64,000 nucleotides of DNA from Octopus sinensis (GCF_006345805.1 NC_043020.1:27094001-27158000); one strand, 5' to 3'; shown: positions 1-13,407, counted from the first letter of the stretch. Program-made: numbers and translations. Notes: generated by a model from the letters alone, not told the origin.

Positions 1-35
1 GTTTAGCCCCTTGTGGGTAGTAAAGAAATAGGTAT
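1..35 (+). mobile_element. 3' tail of a SINE family B copy (truncated by window start)
   Basis: gtttagccccttgtgggtagtaaagaaataggtat matches the tail of the other B copies. Confidence 0.85.
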
Positions 36-784
36 GAAACAGGCAATCGGTATTCAGTACTCCATGCCCTTTTCTTTGGGGTGGGGTCCAAATAATCTCC
101 CATCTCACATAACCCACCCATTCTCGACAGTTTTAACACAGTTGGTATTGTTTTTACTTCCATTGCATGTCCAAGCCATCGTAGTTGCCTTTCAAATTTT
201 AGAAATCAATGGTTCTAATTGACGTACTGCCGTTTTTTTCAGTTTCCTGCTTCAATCTCATTACTCCTGGCGATCAAAGCTCAACTCAGTCATTTCCTGT
301 CAATATGGTATATGTATTTCCGTTTGCCGTGTTTCATGGTTGTATCCAGCATGTTTTAAGTGTGTTGTGTTATTGATACTCCTAGAGACAGTCTCTCTAC
401 TCCTTCGGCACTTTACTTCCGACGCTCATTTCTGTGTCCTAAAAGCTATCTCCCTCTCGCTATCTCTCTCTCTCTCTCTCTCTATTTTATTTTAGTTTAT
501 TTTATTTTATATCCTCTGGTGAACAGTAACATCTTTGGTTGTGGGTTTTTAACAAGCCAGTCATTGGTTCACAGTTTAATTAACGAGGGAGCATTTGTGT
601 AACTTGGGCAGAACAAACACTACAAGCAGTTTTACTTTGAAAGCACTGGTTTCCCAGTTTCTTGCTTATGTTTACATCTTTCACCTCTGCGTATTACTAA
701 AACACACATACACACACACACACCTGGCACAAAGCTACCTCTTCCAATGCTGTGTCACTTCTCTGTTGAAAGGGTTTCGTTTTA

Positions 785-995
785 TGAGTTCCTTGACAAC
801 CTCGCTATTACAGATGCCATGCACAAAAAGCACCCACTATTTTCTAAACTGGTTGGCATTAAGAACATCCAGGTGTTGAAATTTCGTCAAAGTGGACACT
901 GGAAGTCGACACAGATCCCTTATGCTGGTCAGACCTTTTTGGACTGTTCAGCACATGCTGGCATGGAACACACCTTAAACAAAGACGATGACATA
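785..995 (+). mobile_element. Degraded family C (RTE-tail-type) repeat
   Basis: Reverse complement resembles catcatcgtttaa...ctggatgcccttcctaatgccaaccac...gtgggtgcttttt; explains ORFs 747..1010 and 859..1044. Confidence 0.5.
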
Positions 996-1324
996 ATGGG
1001 TTTCCATTGAGTTTCTGTCCACAAAAACCTCTCTGAAAGGACATTGGTCAGCCTGAGACTGTGGTAGAAGACGCTTGCCCAAAATACCATCACGTAGTGG
1101 GATTGAACCCACGCTTGCAGTTTACCACCTAACCTCATTAATATCTTTCAATGGTTTCTTACCTGCCTTTCAACTGTTTCTTGACTTATATATTAGTAAT
1201 ACAAAAGAGGTGAGAGCAAATGAAAGCGGGAGGTTTATAGGGTTCTGGTGCTACTAATATTAAATCTCTCTTTTTCCATTCTATCACTCTCACTGCCATT
1301 AAATATTGGCTTTCTAAATAGAAT

Positions 1325-1374
<50 letters not shown>

Positions 1375-2893
1375 TGCACGCGCGCATACACATTCAACAT
1401 ATGTCTCTTGAGTTTCTGTCCATCCACTCACAAGGCTTTGGTTAGCTCAGGGCTATACTAGAAGATTCTTGCTCAAAGTGCCACACAGTGGAACCGTACC
1501 CAGAACCATGTGTTTGGGAAGCAGAATTCTTACCACACAACCATCCCTGTCCCTATATATACACACATATATATATAAAAGATAAATTCAACTGTAGTTC
1601 AACTCTAGAAAGTGAACAAATGTGAATACAGCTTATTATTGTGTTTGCAAATAGAGAAATAAGGAGATTGCCCTGACATTTCATGGCTGGTTGACCACTT
1701 TTCAGATATCAAGTCTCTCCGACATGCCTTTCTGCCTACAAAGAGTACTTCTTAGTAATTGCTGTTTGTTGGTTAAGTCTGGGTAATTAAGAGCAGCACA
1801 CGAGGCCTTATTTTCTGGACCCATCCCTAATACTTCTGGGAGTGAGTGGGGGAAAACCCCTTAACTCCTGGGTTCTAACTGTAGAGAATAGTGTTATGAA
1901 GATATTGAATTCCCTTCAAATTGAAGTTCTACCTCAAATCTTTGTATCGGGGTGGACTCCGCTAAAGCTAACCAAGAACTGGGTAGTTGTTGAAATCTAC
2001 CACCCCAACAGCACATACATAGCTATCTGATAAGCTTCTGTTTAATTTCTGCCTACCCAGTCTCACTCACAAAGATTAGGTCAACCCACTGCCTTTGGTA
2101 GGAGATAATTGCCCAAGGTATCGTCTAATGGTTGTGGTTCTCGACCATTTTCTACCTATGGACCCCTTTCGTCTGTCTTGTAATGACATTCACCCAGGAG
2201 GGGTTAAGCCCTACTGAGTTTACTGTATTATGGTTCAAAGTGGCCCATGCACATCTGCCTGCAGCATGTTGAAGCCATTCCTGGTTCCTGTAATGGACAC
2301 CAGCTGTCCAAGAATTTGGACCTGGAGATTTCCATTTCCAGCAACTTTCGAGGGCCTCCTCCCAGTGGCGTCGGGCGTCAACGAAGAGCCCTCGGCTACA
2401 ACAAGACGACCAAAGTTTTTTTTTTTTTTCCAAGGTCTGGTGTCTCCCCCCCTAAGCCCTAGACCATCACCTAATCACCCTTAACCGCCTTGTTGCTTAA
2501 CAACAACAACAACAATGAACACCAAAGACATGAGGGCCAGAAACGGACTCCATATCTGCTTTGATTGTCGTGAGTCACGTCTTCAGCTGACCACATCTCT
2601 GCTTGCGCCGACCTGAGGGAAGATCTGGTGCTGTGGCCTTTCACCCCTATTTTACTCTACTGGACCTCCATAACCATTCAATAAATATATTTAATAAAAA
2701 TCCTACTGTATTTTTATAATTAAATATTATTAAGAATTGTATTAGAAGATTAAAATATTTTGTGCATTGTAGTAATAGTAGTAGTAGTAGTAGTAGTAGA
2801 AGTAGTAGTAGCAGTACAAGCAATTTATTGCACATATATTTTTTAAAAAATCTTATACAAGGCCCAGGGATCCATATGGACCCCAGTTGAAAA

Positions 2894-3175
2894 CATCATC
2901 ATCATCATCGTTTAGCGTCTGCTTTCCATGCTGGCATGGATTGGACGGTGCAACTGGGGTCTGAGAAGCCAGAGGCTGCACCAGGCCCAGTCTGATCTGG
3001 CAATGTTTCTACGGCTGGATGCCCTTCCTAACGCCAACCACTCCATGAGTGTAGTGGGTGCTTTTTACGTGCCACCGGCACAGGTGCCAGACGAGGCTGG
3101 CAAACGGCGACGGTCGGATGGTGCTTTTTACTTGCCACCGGCACAGGTGCCAGGCGAGGCTGGCAAACGGCCATG
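2894..3175 (-). mobile_element. Family C SINE-like repeat with (ATG)n tail; further copies at about 7343-7660, 10756-10930, 14398-14790, 16061-16360, 32433-32690, 48737-48925, 59604-59900, 63110-63420
   Basis: Recurrent catcatcatcgtttaacgtccgttttccatgctagcatgggttggacgg...ctggatgcccttcctaacgccaaccac with internal tandem tggtgctttttacgtgccaccggcac units; RTE-type 3' end is an inference. Confidence 0.8.
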
Positions 3176-3529
3176 GGTGTTCGGGGCTAATGTTTCCTAT
3201 TTCATGGTTTAACCTCAACAGCCAGGCTTATGTCTACAGATGGCTGCTGTAGTATTATAAGAGATAATAACTGTAATTTGATTGGTTTAATCTTTAATTA
3301 AAACTCAGTGTAGATGTAAATATTAAAAACCCGTTTCATTCGTCTAATGATGAGGTTAAAAATTATAATCTTATTAACGACTCATTGCAGACTTTTAATC
3401 AGCCGTGCTATTCACTTGCAGCTAATTGTGCCCGCGAGGATAAAAAAAAATTGTGCTTTCTGTGTGAATTGAGATGTTAATAACTAAATGCATTTTATTT
3501 GTTATGAAATCTGTCTAGTAGCAAAACAA

Positions 3530-3563
3530 CATGTGTGTGTATATATGTGGGTGTGTGTGTGTG

Positions 3564-3594
<31 letters not shown>

Positions 3595-3765
3595 ATATAT
3601 GTATATATATATATATGTGTGTATATATGTATATATATGTGTGTATATATATATGTATATATATGTGTGTGTGTATTATATATGTATATATGAGTGTGTT
3701 AGTATATATAAATGTATGTATGAATATGTCTGTGTATCTGTGTGTCTATATATATGTATATTATA

Positions 3766-3808
<43 letters not shown>

Positions 3809-3824
3809 TATATATATATGTGTA

Positions 3825-3862
<38 letters not shown>

Positions 3863-4029
3863 GTGTATATATATATATATAGTGTATATATATATATGTG
3901 GTATATATATATATATGTGTATTATATATATATATATATATGTATGTATATATATATATATATATGTGTATATATATAATATGTGTATATATATATATAT
4001 GTGTATATATATATATTGTATATATATAT

Positions 4030-4093
<64 letters not shown>

Positions 4094-4221
4094 ATATATA
4101 TATATTGTGTATATATATATATATATATGTGTATATGTATATTATATATATGTGTGTATATATATATATATGGTATATATATAGTGTATATATATATATA
4201 TATATGTTATATATATATGTG

Positions 4222-4252
<31 letters not shown>

Positions 4253-4650
4253 GTGTATATATATATATGTGTATATATATATATATATGTGTGTATATAT
4301 ATATATGTGTATATATATATATGTGTATATATATATAATATGTGTATATATATATGGTATATATATATATAGTGTATATATATATATGTGTATATATATA
4401 TATAGTGTATATATATATATATATAATATATATGTATATATATATATATATATGTGTGTATATATATTATATGTGTGTATATATTATATGTGTATATATA
4501 ATATATATATGTGTGTATATATATATTATATATGTGTGTATATATATATATATGTGTATATATATATATATATATGTGTATATATATATATATGTGTATA
4601 TATATATATATATGTATGTATTTACATATATGTATATACACACACATGCT
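3530..4650. repeat. About 1.1-kb compound (TA)n/(TG) microsatellite
   Basis: Direct reading; source of the YIYI pseudo-ORFs. Confidence 0.97.
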
Positions 4651-5305
4651 GTTTTTCTGTCTAGTTATAATAAAAAACAATTTGGTATTAGACTGAAGTA
4701 CTCAGTACTTTTTTTTTCTTCTGTGGAGTACCTGTTTATTAAACTTTTACGAGAAGGTGGTCGACAGTGACTTCGGAGTCGTTGGCACCTCCGCCACACA
4801 CCTTGTAAAAGTTCAATAGACATATGTGTGTGTGTGTGTGTCTGTCTGTGTCGGGTTGCGTTTGTGTATGACTTTTTGATTCCTACGCTTTGCAAATTTG
4901 ACATTCCCCACATTTCACATAATTTGCCATTTTCAAAGAATGTACAGCTGCTTCAAATTAGGCTTATTTATAGTTAAGATAAACAGTTTGCTCCTGCACA
5001 ATCAACGCAAAATGTATGTATGTGCGTGTGTCAGTGTGTCCTCACGCAAACTTAACATGTCTCTGCAATTAACTCGATATTCCATTTTCTGCTTTTATGC
5101 GACTGTTCTGAAAATATTACGTTTTTGGCTTAGATTACATTATATTGCAGATTGGGTGGCATTTTTGTTTATCTGCATTTTTCTTGTTGTTTTTTTTTAT
5201 GTATACTCTTTACTTGTTTCATTCATTTGACTGCGGCCATACTGGAGCACCACCTTTAGTCGAGCAAATCGACCCAAGGACTTATTCTTTGTAAGCCTAG
5301 TACTT

Positions 5306-5697
5306 AAGTTAAGTTAATTTTTTGGCTCACTGCTAGGCTGTGAAGTTAAGTTAAGTTAATTTTTTGGCTCAAAAAGCAAAAAGCAAGGCCATGTAGGGGG
5401 ACATGGAGTTATGTACAGGGTGGTGTTCATGCAAAGAGTTCAGGCCATTTCTGGTCAAGAGAGAGACTTTGAACCGAGCGGTCATCGGCATCTTCACTAT
5501 CTCGTCCGGCAGTTTATTCCACAGATCCGCAACCCAGACGGAGAAAGCCCCTCTCCTTCGATTGAGATGAAATCGTCGCAGATAGCTTTTCGGAGTGACC
5601 CCGCAGCCGACGCTCTGGTGCAGGAGTGAAGAACAGCTCCTTCGAGAGGTTACACTTTCCGCTTATGATGTTGTGAGCGAGAATGAGATCACCACAG
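5306..5697 (-). mobile_element. 5'-truncated CR1-clade LINE 3' end, inserted into a family A SINE
   Basis: Reverse complement nearly identical to 25713-26096; SINE A sequence cctagtactta|ttctatcggtctc is split around it (5209-5305 and 5698-5710). Confidence 0.85.
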
Positions 5698-5956
5698 TTC
5701 TATCGGTCTCTGCAATGCAACTGATCCAACTACTAGATCGTCATTTTGATAGCAGACTACCATTGCAGGCTGTATCGTAAGAAGTTTACTTCCTAACCAC
5801 ATGGCTTTGGGTTCAGTCCCACTGTGTGGCACATTGAACAAGTGTCTCTTCTATAACAATGGACTGACCAAAGCCTTGCCAGTGGATTTGGTGGATGGAA
5901 ACTAAAAGAAGCCTGTTGTGTATATTATTGTCTCTCTCTCTCTCTCTCTCTCTCTC

Positions 5957-6161
5957 TTTACTCTTTTACTTGTTTCAGTCGTTTGACTGCGGTCATGCTG
6001 GAGTACCACCTTTAATCGAGCAACTCGACCCCGGGATTTATTCTTTGTAAGCCCAGTACTTATTCTATCGGTCTCTTTTGCTGAACCGCTAATTGACGGG
6101 GACATAAACACACCAGCATTGGTTGTCAAGCAATGCTAGGGGGACAAACACACACGCACAC

Positions 6162-6194
<33 letters not shown>

Positions 6195-6299
6195 TATATA
6201 CGACGGGCTTCTTTCAGTTTCCGTCTACCAAATCTACTCGCAAGGCTTTGGTCGGCCCGAGGCTATAGTAGAAGACACTTGCCCAGGGTGCCACGCAGT
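5957..6299 (-). mobile_element. tRNA-derived SINE family A (5'-truncated here); minus-strand copies also at 8143-8520, 9549-9926, 12197-12846, 25053-25403, 33905-34270, 44462-44870, 57703-58097
   Basis: About 400-bp element: head aggagtggctgtgtggtaag...ggttccgggttcagtccc (A/B-box-like), ccttgggcaagtg CORE-like motif, central (TA/TG)n, tail ...gactgaaacaagtaaaagag. Confidence 0.9.
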
Positions 6300-7684
6300 C
6301 TCTTTGTCAATTAGTGTCACAGTCCTACAAGCGGTGCCCTTCATTTTGTTTCCAATCTTCTATGAAAACATCGGGAAATATTACTTTATTTGGAAACAGG
6401 TGAGGGTTGCTGACAGGAAAGGCATCCAGCTTTAGAAAATCTGCCTCAGCAAATTCCGTCTGACTCATACAAACATAGAAAAGCGGACACTAAAATGACG
6501 ATATAGTGTTTGCGTGCGAGTGTAGTGTATGTGTGTATGTGTAAATTACTTTGTACATATACAATTTCACTGTTTGTATATTTATAGAACACTCATGTAT
6601 TTGATGTGTATATGCATATTTGAAGTATATCATTTTACTTCAGAGCCTGCTTTCAAGGACTCTGCACATTAAACACATCTTTCACCTTAACCGTCTTAGC
6701 CCTAGCCGTATTCTTCATGTTAGTAGCGCTAATGCTTGTTGATATAAATATCAGTCACCGTGCCCTTTCTCGTCTTTCTTGTGACATCTGAACAATCAGG
6801 CTTTTGTAATTGGAGAGTCTGGCTGTGATAAATGGCTGGTGTGCATTATTGATTCAGAACTTAACTGGCATTTGTTTTACAACTGGGTCTGGACTTAGAT
6901 TCTGCATTTATAATCATCTGAAATCCTATGTTGATCTAAAAGTAAGCATATATATATGAGAGGGAGAGAGATGGATATAGATATAGAGATTATATATACA
7001 TATGTTTATTTATGTGTGTGTGTGTTCTTTTAAAATTTTCCCTTACTGGCATGGTAGTTTACATGAAGATTTATTTGAGGTAGAATTTCGCAACTAAATG
7101 TCATACCTGTTCCAACCATGCTTGTTTTTCCGAGTAAGCTTTTTTTTTTTTTCTTTCTTTCTTTGTCCTATTGGCCTCGGAAAGGGCAGAGCAACAGAAT
7201 GTATCATCTACTGGGAATGTAAACATGACATCCCCATACATTGTTTTTTGCTCAGACTGTGAGAAATGATGGTACAAAATGACAATAGTCACTCACAGAC
7301 ACACATACACTCTTATCCATATATACATGTTTGCATGTATGTCATCATCATCATCATCATCGTTTAACGTCCGTTCTCCATGCTAGCATGGGTTGGACGG
7401 TTTAACCGGGGATCTGGGAAGCCAGAAGGCTGCACCAGGCAGTGTTTCTACAGCTGGATGCCCTTCCTAACGCCAACCACTCCTAGAGTGTAGTGGGTGC
7501 TTTTTACGTGCCACCGACACAGGTGCCAGGCGAGGGTGGCAACGGCCGCGATCGGATTGGTGCTTTTTATGTGCCACCAGCATGGAAGCCAGTCAAGGCG
7601 GCACTGGCATCAGCTAAGTTCGGATGGTGCTTTTTATGTGCCACCAGCTTGGATGCCATGTGTGTTTACATAATTATATCGTCT

Positions 7685-7960
7685 GCATCATTGTTTTAAT
7701 GCCATCTTTTCCATGCTCACACGAGTCAGATGGAACTCGGTGAGATGGATTTTCTACGGCTGGATGCCTTTCCTGTTGCCAACCTTCGCCTGTTTCCAAG
7801 CAAGGTAACATTTCCCTGTGGCTAGACATGTTTTCACAGAACATTGGAAATGATTGAAACTGCTCCTATGATAATAACACTCGTTTACTATTGTCATGAA
7901 TATCAAGACAAGGAGACAAGCACTTGCGCACATGTATACACACACATTTCTATAGATAGA
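7685..7960 (-). mobile_element. Family D repeat (related to C); also about 13983-14230, 22920-23160, and opposite-orientation copies near 17930-18090, 53400-53840, 58740-59380
   Basis: Shared ctggatgcc(c)ttcctgttgccaaccctcacctgtttccaagcaaggtaatatttccc block and catcatcat tail. Confidence 0.65.
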
Positions 7961-10565
7961 CATGTACGACGGGTTTCTTTCAATTTCCATCTACCAAATC
8001 CACTCAAAAAGCTCTTTGGTCTGCCTAGCGCTATACGAGAAGACGTTTGCCCAAGGTATCATGCAGTGGGACTGAACCTGAAACCCATATGGTTGGGAAG
8101 CCAACTTATACACATAGCCATACCTACATACTTGTATATATTTTACTCTTTTACTTATTTCAGTCATTTGACTGTGGCCATGCTGAAGCACCGCCTTTAG
8201 TCAAGCATATCGACCTCGTGACTTACTCTTTGTAAGCCTAGTACTTATTCTATCGGTCTCTTTTGCCAAGTTACAGGGCTGTAAACACACCAGCATAGGT
8301 TGTCAAGTGATGTTGGGGGGACAAACAGAGACACACCAACATATATATATATATATATACACACACGACACGCTTCTTTCAGTTTCCGTCTACCAAATCC
8401 ACTCACAAGGCTTTGGTTGGCCTGAGGCTATAGTAGAAGACACTTGCGCAAGGTGCCACGCAGTGGGACTGAACATGGAACCATGTGGTTGGGAAGCAAG
8501 CTTCTTATCACACAGCCACTGTAATATATATATATATATTACGTCGTCCTGTTTTCCGTCCTTGTTTTGTATACATTCGAGGCTTTCTTCCGAGGAATCT
8601 AATGCACTTGGCTTAGATTTTCCTTTGGGGCTGGCCAGATCGGAGCAATCTCAAGATTAATCAGCCGAAATTGCGAAGATGATCCGGTTCTTGACTGAAG
8701 ATTGAAGGCTTCGAATGTCCCGTCCGTGTTTTTTGTATCGTCTTCTAAATGTTTTGCGTTCCTGTCCCAGTTTGTATTTTTTTACATATACATACATATA
8801 TATATGTATATATATATGTGTGTGTGTGTGTATGTATATATATATATATATACACATACATACATATATTTTTTACATCTGCTTTTCCGTCTTAGCATAG
8901 GTGATTGGACATGTTTTTCTTTTTGGCATTATTTGTCATGCTGACAGATGTCTCCCTCACTTCTTTCCAGTTTTTTCCTTATTCTCAACATTCAGCAGCC
9001 TTGTCTTTCTAGAGTGGCATTGTAGGGTAGGTGTGAGAGGCCAGGTCTGGCTGGTTCAGGCATAAAACAGGTAGAATATTTGGGCAAGACATAGCCAGTT
9101 TAAATTCTAAAGCAGTGGTTCCCAAACTTTTGGGGCTGCTGCCCACTTGGAACCCAGGCCACACTCCTTGTGCTGTCCCCCCCTTCTCCACCACCTCCAC
9201 TGCAAACACAGACCAGTTTCTGCGGCAAATTCTAAAACAAATGCATTTCACGAATAATGCTTAACCGAATTAAGCCATTATTTTGTTTTTACGTAACATC
9301 GCCCCCTTTTGGCTACCCCATTTATCACCTCCACTTTTCTTCAGCCCCTCCTTGGATCTTTCCACAGCCCCCAGCGGGTCAGCACCACAAAATAGGGTTA
9401 GACACAATCACACAGCCTCCTCTTCACTCAGAAAGCTTTTATAGTTTTTGCCCTTATTATGGATGGCTATTATTGCTTTCAGAGCATCCACCTCCACTGG
9501 TCAGTGTGGTCACCTCAGTTATTGGTTATCAGCTACTTCTGAACGGTTACTCTTTTACTTGTTTCAGTCATTTGACTGCGACCATGCTGGAGCACCGCCT
9601 TTAGTCGAGCAAATCGACCCCGGGACTTATTCTTTGTAAGCCCAGTACTTATTCTATCGGTCTCTTTTTGCCGAACCGCTAAGTGATGGGGGCGTAAACA
9701 CACCAGCATCGGTTGTCAAGCAATGCTAAGGGGACAAACACATACACACACACATATATATATACGACAGGCTTCTTTCAGTTTCCGTCTACCAAGTCCA
9801 CTCACAAGGCATTGGTCGGTCCGGGGCTATAGCAGAAGACACTTGCCCAAGATGCCAGGCAGTGGGACTGAACCTGGAACCATGTGGTTGGTTAGCAAGC
9901 TACTTACCACACAGCCACTCCTGCGCTTGATAAATTTAATTTCTGGAGTTCTCCCTACTCCTAGCTGCTCTGGAGCTTCTGTTACATGTGAAATCCTTCT
10001 ACATCAACCTACTTGAGATCCATCCCTCTGAAGCTTCTGTGTAGCCATTGTATGTATTAGGTGGACACCATTGAGAGGTCATCCTGCTCTCTGTATGTCA
10101 CCCTGTAGTAGTTCTGTTGTTTGTTTGTTTTTTGGGGGTTTTTTCTCATTTTTCTAAGACATGTTTCCTAAATCAACCTATGGCCCCCTTCTGAATCCTA
10201 CACCCTGCTTTCATGCTTGAAACCTATTTTCTAATTTTTCATTCGCACACAAAGTGCCTGTATATGTCTATATATACTTATGTGTATATTTGTGCGTGTG
10301 TATATGTGTACACATACATACTTATATGTGTGTGTGTGCAAAATAAAAAGAACAAGTTGAAAATGCGCAAAATTTACATATGTTTGGAATATCTTGTGTA
10401 TATAGTTACAAGTATGATTGTTGCTTTTTAGCTTAGAGCTCCATGTAAACGATCATCATCTAGTCTGCTTCCAGTTTAGTTGTGTGGTTACCACTGTACC
10501 TAGTCGTATTACTGGTTATGTAGGAGAGATTAGGATACAGACTTGTGCTTATCGTAAATTCTTAT

Positions 10566-10755
10566 ATACCTATTTCTTTAATACCCACAAGGGGCTAAAC
10601 ACAGAGGGGACAAACAAGGACAGACATAGGTATTAAGTCGATTATATCAACCCCAATGCGTAACTAGTACTTAGTTTATCGAACTCGAAAGGATGAAAGG
10701 CAAAGTCGACCTCGGCGGAATTTGAACTCAGAACGAAATATTGCCCGGCGTATAC
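10566..10755 (-). mobile_element. SINE family B monomer; other monomers at 12434-12668 (-), 24605-24835 (+), 29238-29466 (-), 51653-51876 (-, 15-bp TSD acctaggaccatata), 58390-58550 (-)
   Basis: About 230-bp element: head ggcgagctggcagaaacgttagc (A-box-like), gagttcaaattcc (B box), gcctttcatcctttcggggtcgataaattaagtaccag core, tail gtagtaaagaaata. Confidence 0.9.
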
Positions 10756-12127
10756 CATCATCATCATCATTTAACATCTGCTTTCCATGCTGGCATGGGT
10801 TGGACAGTTTGATCAGAACTGGCAAGGCCAAGAGCCTGGTTTCCACATGGTTTCTACATCTTGATGCCCTTCCTAATGCCAACCACTTTACAGAGTGTAC
10901 TGGGTTGTTTTTTTATGTGGCACTATCACCATCAAGATCACAAAATACCTTGTAACGCCAAAAAAAAACCCTCGGTTGAGAGTGAGGAGTGGGGATTAGT
11001 ATTGAGGTGGCAGGTGATTTTGTGCCATTTGAAAAATTAAAGGTATAGGGAGTGGAGATAGGTGTCTTGTTTTATTTATATATATATTTATATGTATGTA
11101 TGATCGGATATTGATTGATTTTCGTTTGCTTTACTCTCTGCCTGTGTGATTAAACTTTAAGTATTTTGGGTTCTCTGGAAGACCCTTTTTAAAGTAGAAG
11201 AAATGGCTAAGATTTTGGCTGCTATTTCTGAACTTCGGTATGCGGTGAAGCAATTCTTTTGCTGAACCCTTTTATTAGTATTAGTATTACTAAAATTTAC
11301 CGTGTTAGCGGTCCTGTTTTCATACCGAATTCTACTTGGTAAAATTTATTGATTACTTCTTAATTAATTAATTTTACCCTTTGATATTATATATATGTAT
11401 GTATATATACACACATACATACACACAATGGGCTTCTTCAGTTTCCATCTGCCAAATCCACTCACAAGGCTTTGGTTGGCCCAAGACTATAGTAGAAGAC
11501 ACTTGCCCAAGGTGCCAGACAGTGGGACTGAACCCGAAACCATGTGGTTGGTAAACAAGCTTCTTATCACACATAAAGCAAATTTTACTTTTTAAAATAG
11601 GTGTAAATAGTTCTCTGTATGTGAAAATAAAGATTCGAAATTATGTTTTACTGCAAAAAGAAAAATATTTTCACAAGGTGAGTTTAACACAAAGGGAAAG
11701 GTGAAATTTTACTGAAAAATTATCAGACACATACAGTTTGCATATAAACAAAGTTTCCATGTAGAAAAATACATAAAAACAAATGTTTTTTTTTTATAAA
11801 AAGAAGTTTTACTGAATAAATTTAAGCACACATAACCAACAGATTGTGTGTGTGTGTGTAATTTATACATACACCATAATTGCATATCAATAAATATTAA
11901 TTGGGTTTTCCTATCCATAGTAACACCGATATTTGATCTATGGTAGTTAATTAGTATCATGATTGGCATTTTGGTAGTTGAAGAAAAAAAGTTTTATTTT
12001 TTTAATGTTCATGTATTGAAGTAAAACTTTGAACATGTAAGTTTATTTATACTTTAATATAAATTTTAATATAAAATTGTTCTCCTCTTTTCTCTGTGTC
12101 AAATCTTAAACTTTAAACAGAAATACC

Positions 12128-12402
12128 CCTAATCCCTTGAGTATCGTGGGTGTTGCGTTCCAAAACCCCATGCGATATGTAGAAACAGTACTGTATACTC
12201 TTTACTCTTTTACTTGTTTCAGTCATTTGACTGCAGCCATGCTGGAGCACCGCCTTTTTTAGTCGAGCAAATCGAGCCCAGGACTTATTCTTTTGTAAGC
12301 CCAGTACTTATTCTATCGGTCTCTTTTGCCGAACCGCTAAGTAACGGGGACGTAAACACACCAGCATCGGTTGTCAAGCGATGTTTGGAGGGGGGGGGAC
12401 AA

Positions 12403-12436
<34 letters not shown>

Positions 12437-12968
12437 TTCTTTACTACCCACAAGGGGCTAAATATAGAGGGGACAAACAAGGACAGACAAATGGATTAAG
12501 TCGATTACATCGACCCCAGTGCGAAACTGGTACTTTATTTATCTACCCCGAAAGGATGAAAGGCAAAGTCTACCTCGGCGGAATTTGAACTCAGAACATA
12601 ACGTTAGACGAAATACCGCTAAGCATTTCGCCCGGGGCGCTAACGTTTCTGCCAGCTCGCCGCCTTATGTATATATATATACGACGAGCTTCTTTCAGTT
12701 TCCGTCTACCAAATCCACTCACAAGGCTTTGGTCGGCCCGAGGCTACAGTAGAAGACACTTGCCCAAGGTGCCACGCAGTGGGACTGAACCCGGAACCGT
12801 GTGGTTGGTAAGCAAGCTACTTACCACACAGCCACTCCTGCGCCTATTTATTTATTTTATATATTTATTTTATTATAAATGCAAAAACAACACTATGCTT
12901 AAATAATAAACCCTAAGCTTAAATGATAAACCACGATGGGTGAACTGTGATATGGCAAGGGATTACTG
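12128..12968. mobile_element. Tc1/mariner (Tigger-like) MITE interrupted by SINE A, itself interrupted by SINE B; uninterrupted relative at 54732-54928
   Basis: Ends (c)cctaatcccttgagtatcg... and ...gggattactg|ta; 54732 copy has ta|cagtgatcct...gggattactg. Confidence 0.6.
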
Positions 12969-13407
12969 TAGAGGATTAAATTTCTGCAACATCATAATTC
13001 TCATCTGAAACAACAGCAGTGAAACCTCCGTCAAAATTATGTCCCACTACCTTGAGAAAAGAAGGCACTTTTGATGATTATTCTTCAATAAGTTTCTAAG
13101 ATGGTCGCTGCTGGAATAACTGTTTGTTGCTCATAACTCAATCAGTGCTGATCTGCTGCTAGACGGGACTTGTGAGTAGACGCTGCACGTAGCATGGCTT
13201 TACGCATTGACCTATATTAGGCTACACAACTTTTAAGAGATTACAGTAGCTCTAGTATATAATAGCACTACATATTTAATATAGTTTGCAGATTTGGGTG
13301 GGCTTTGTTTGACATCAGATATATAAGTTCTTCTGTTTCAGATAAAAAGAAAAATTTTGAAGTGTTTGGGAAGACAGGAAGCCTAACTTTGAGAGCTTTA
13401 TTATTAA

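Noticed and set aside
747-1044. Exon of an upstream gene
   Set aside because: The sequence is a degraded family C repeat and lacks splice-site support.
3488-4770. Long ORFs of up to 217 aa rich in YIYI/CVCV
   Set aside because: They are translations of (TA)n/(TG)n microsatellite, which lacks stop codons in several frames. The same applies to ORFs at 38517-38922, 42114-42359 and 43899-44187.
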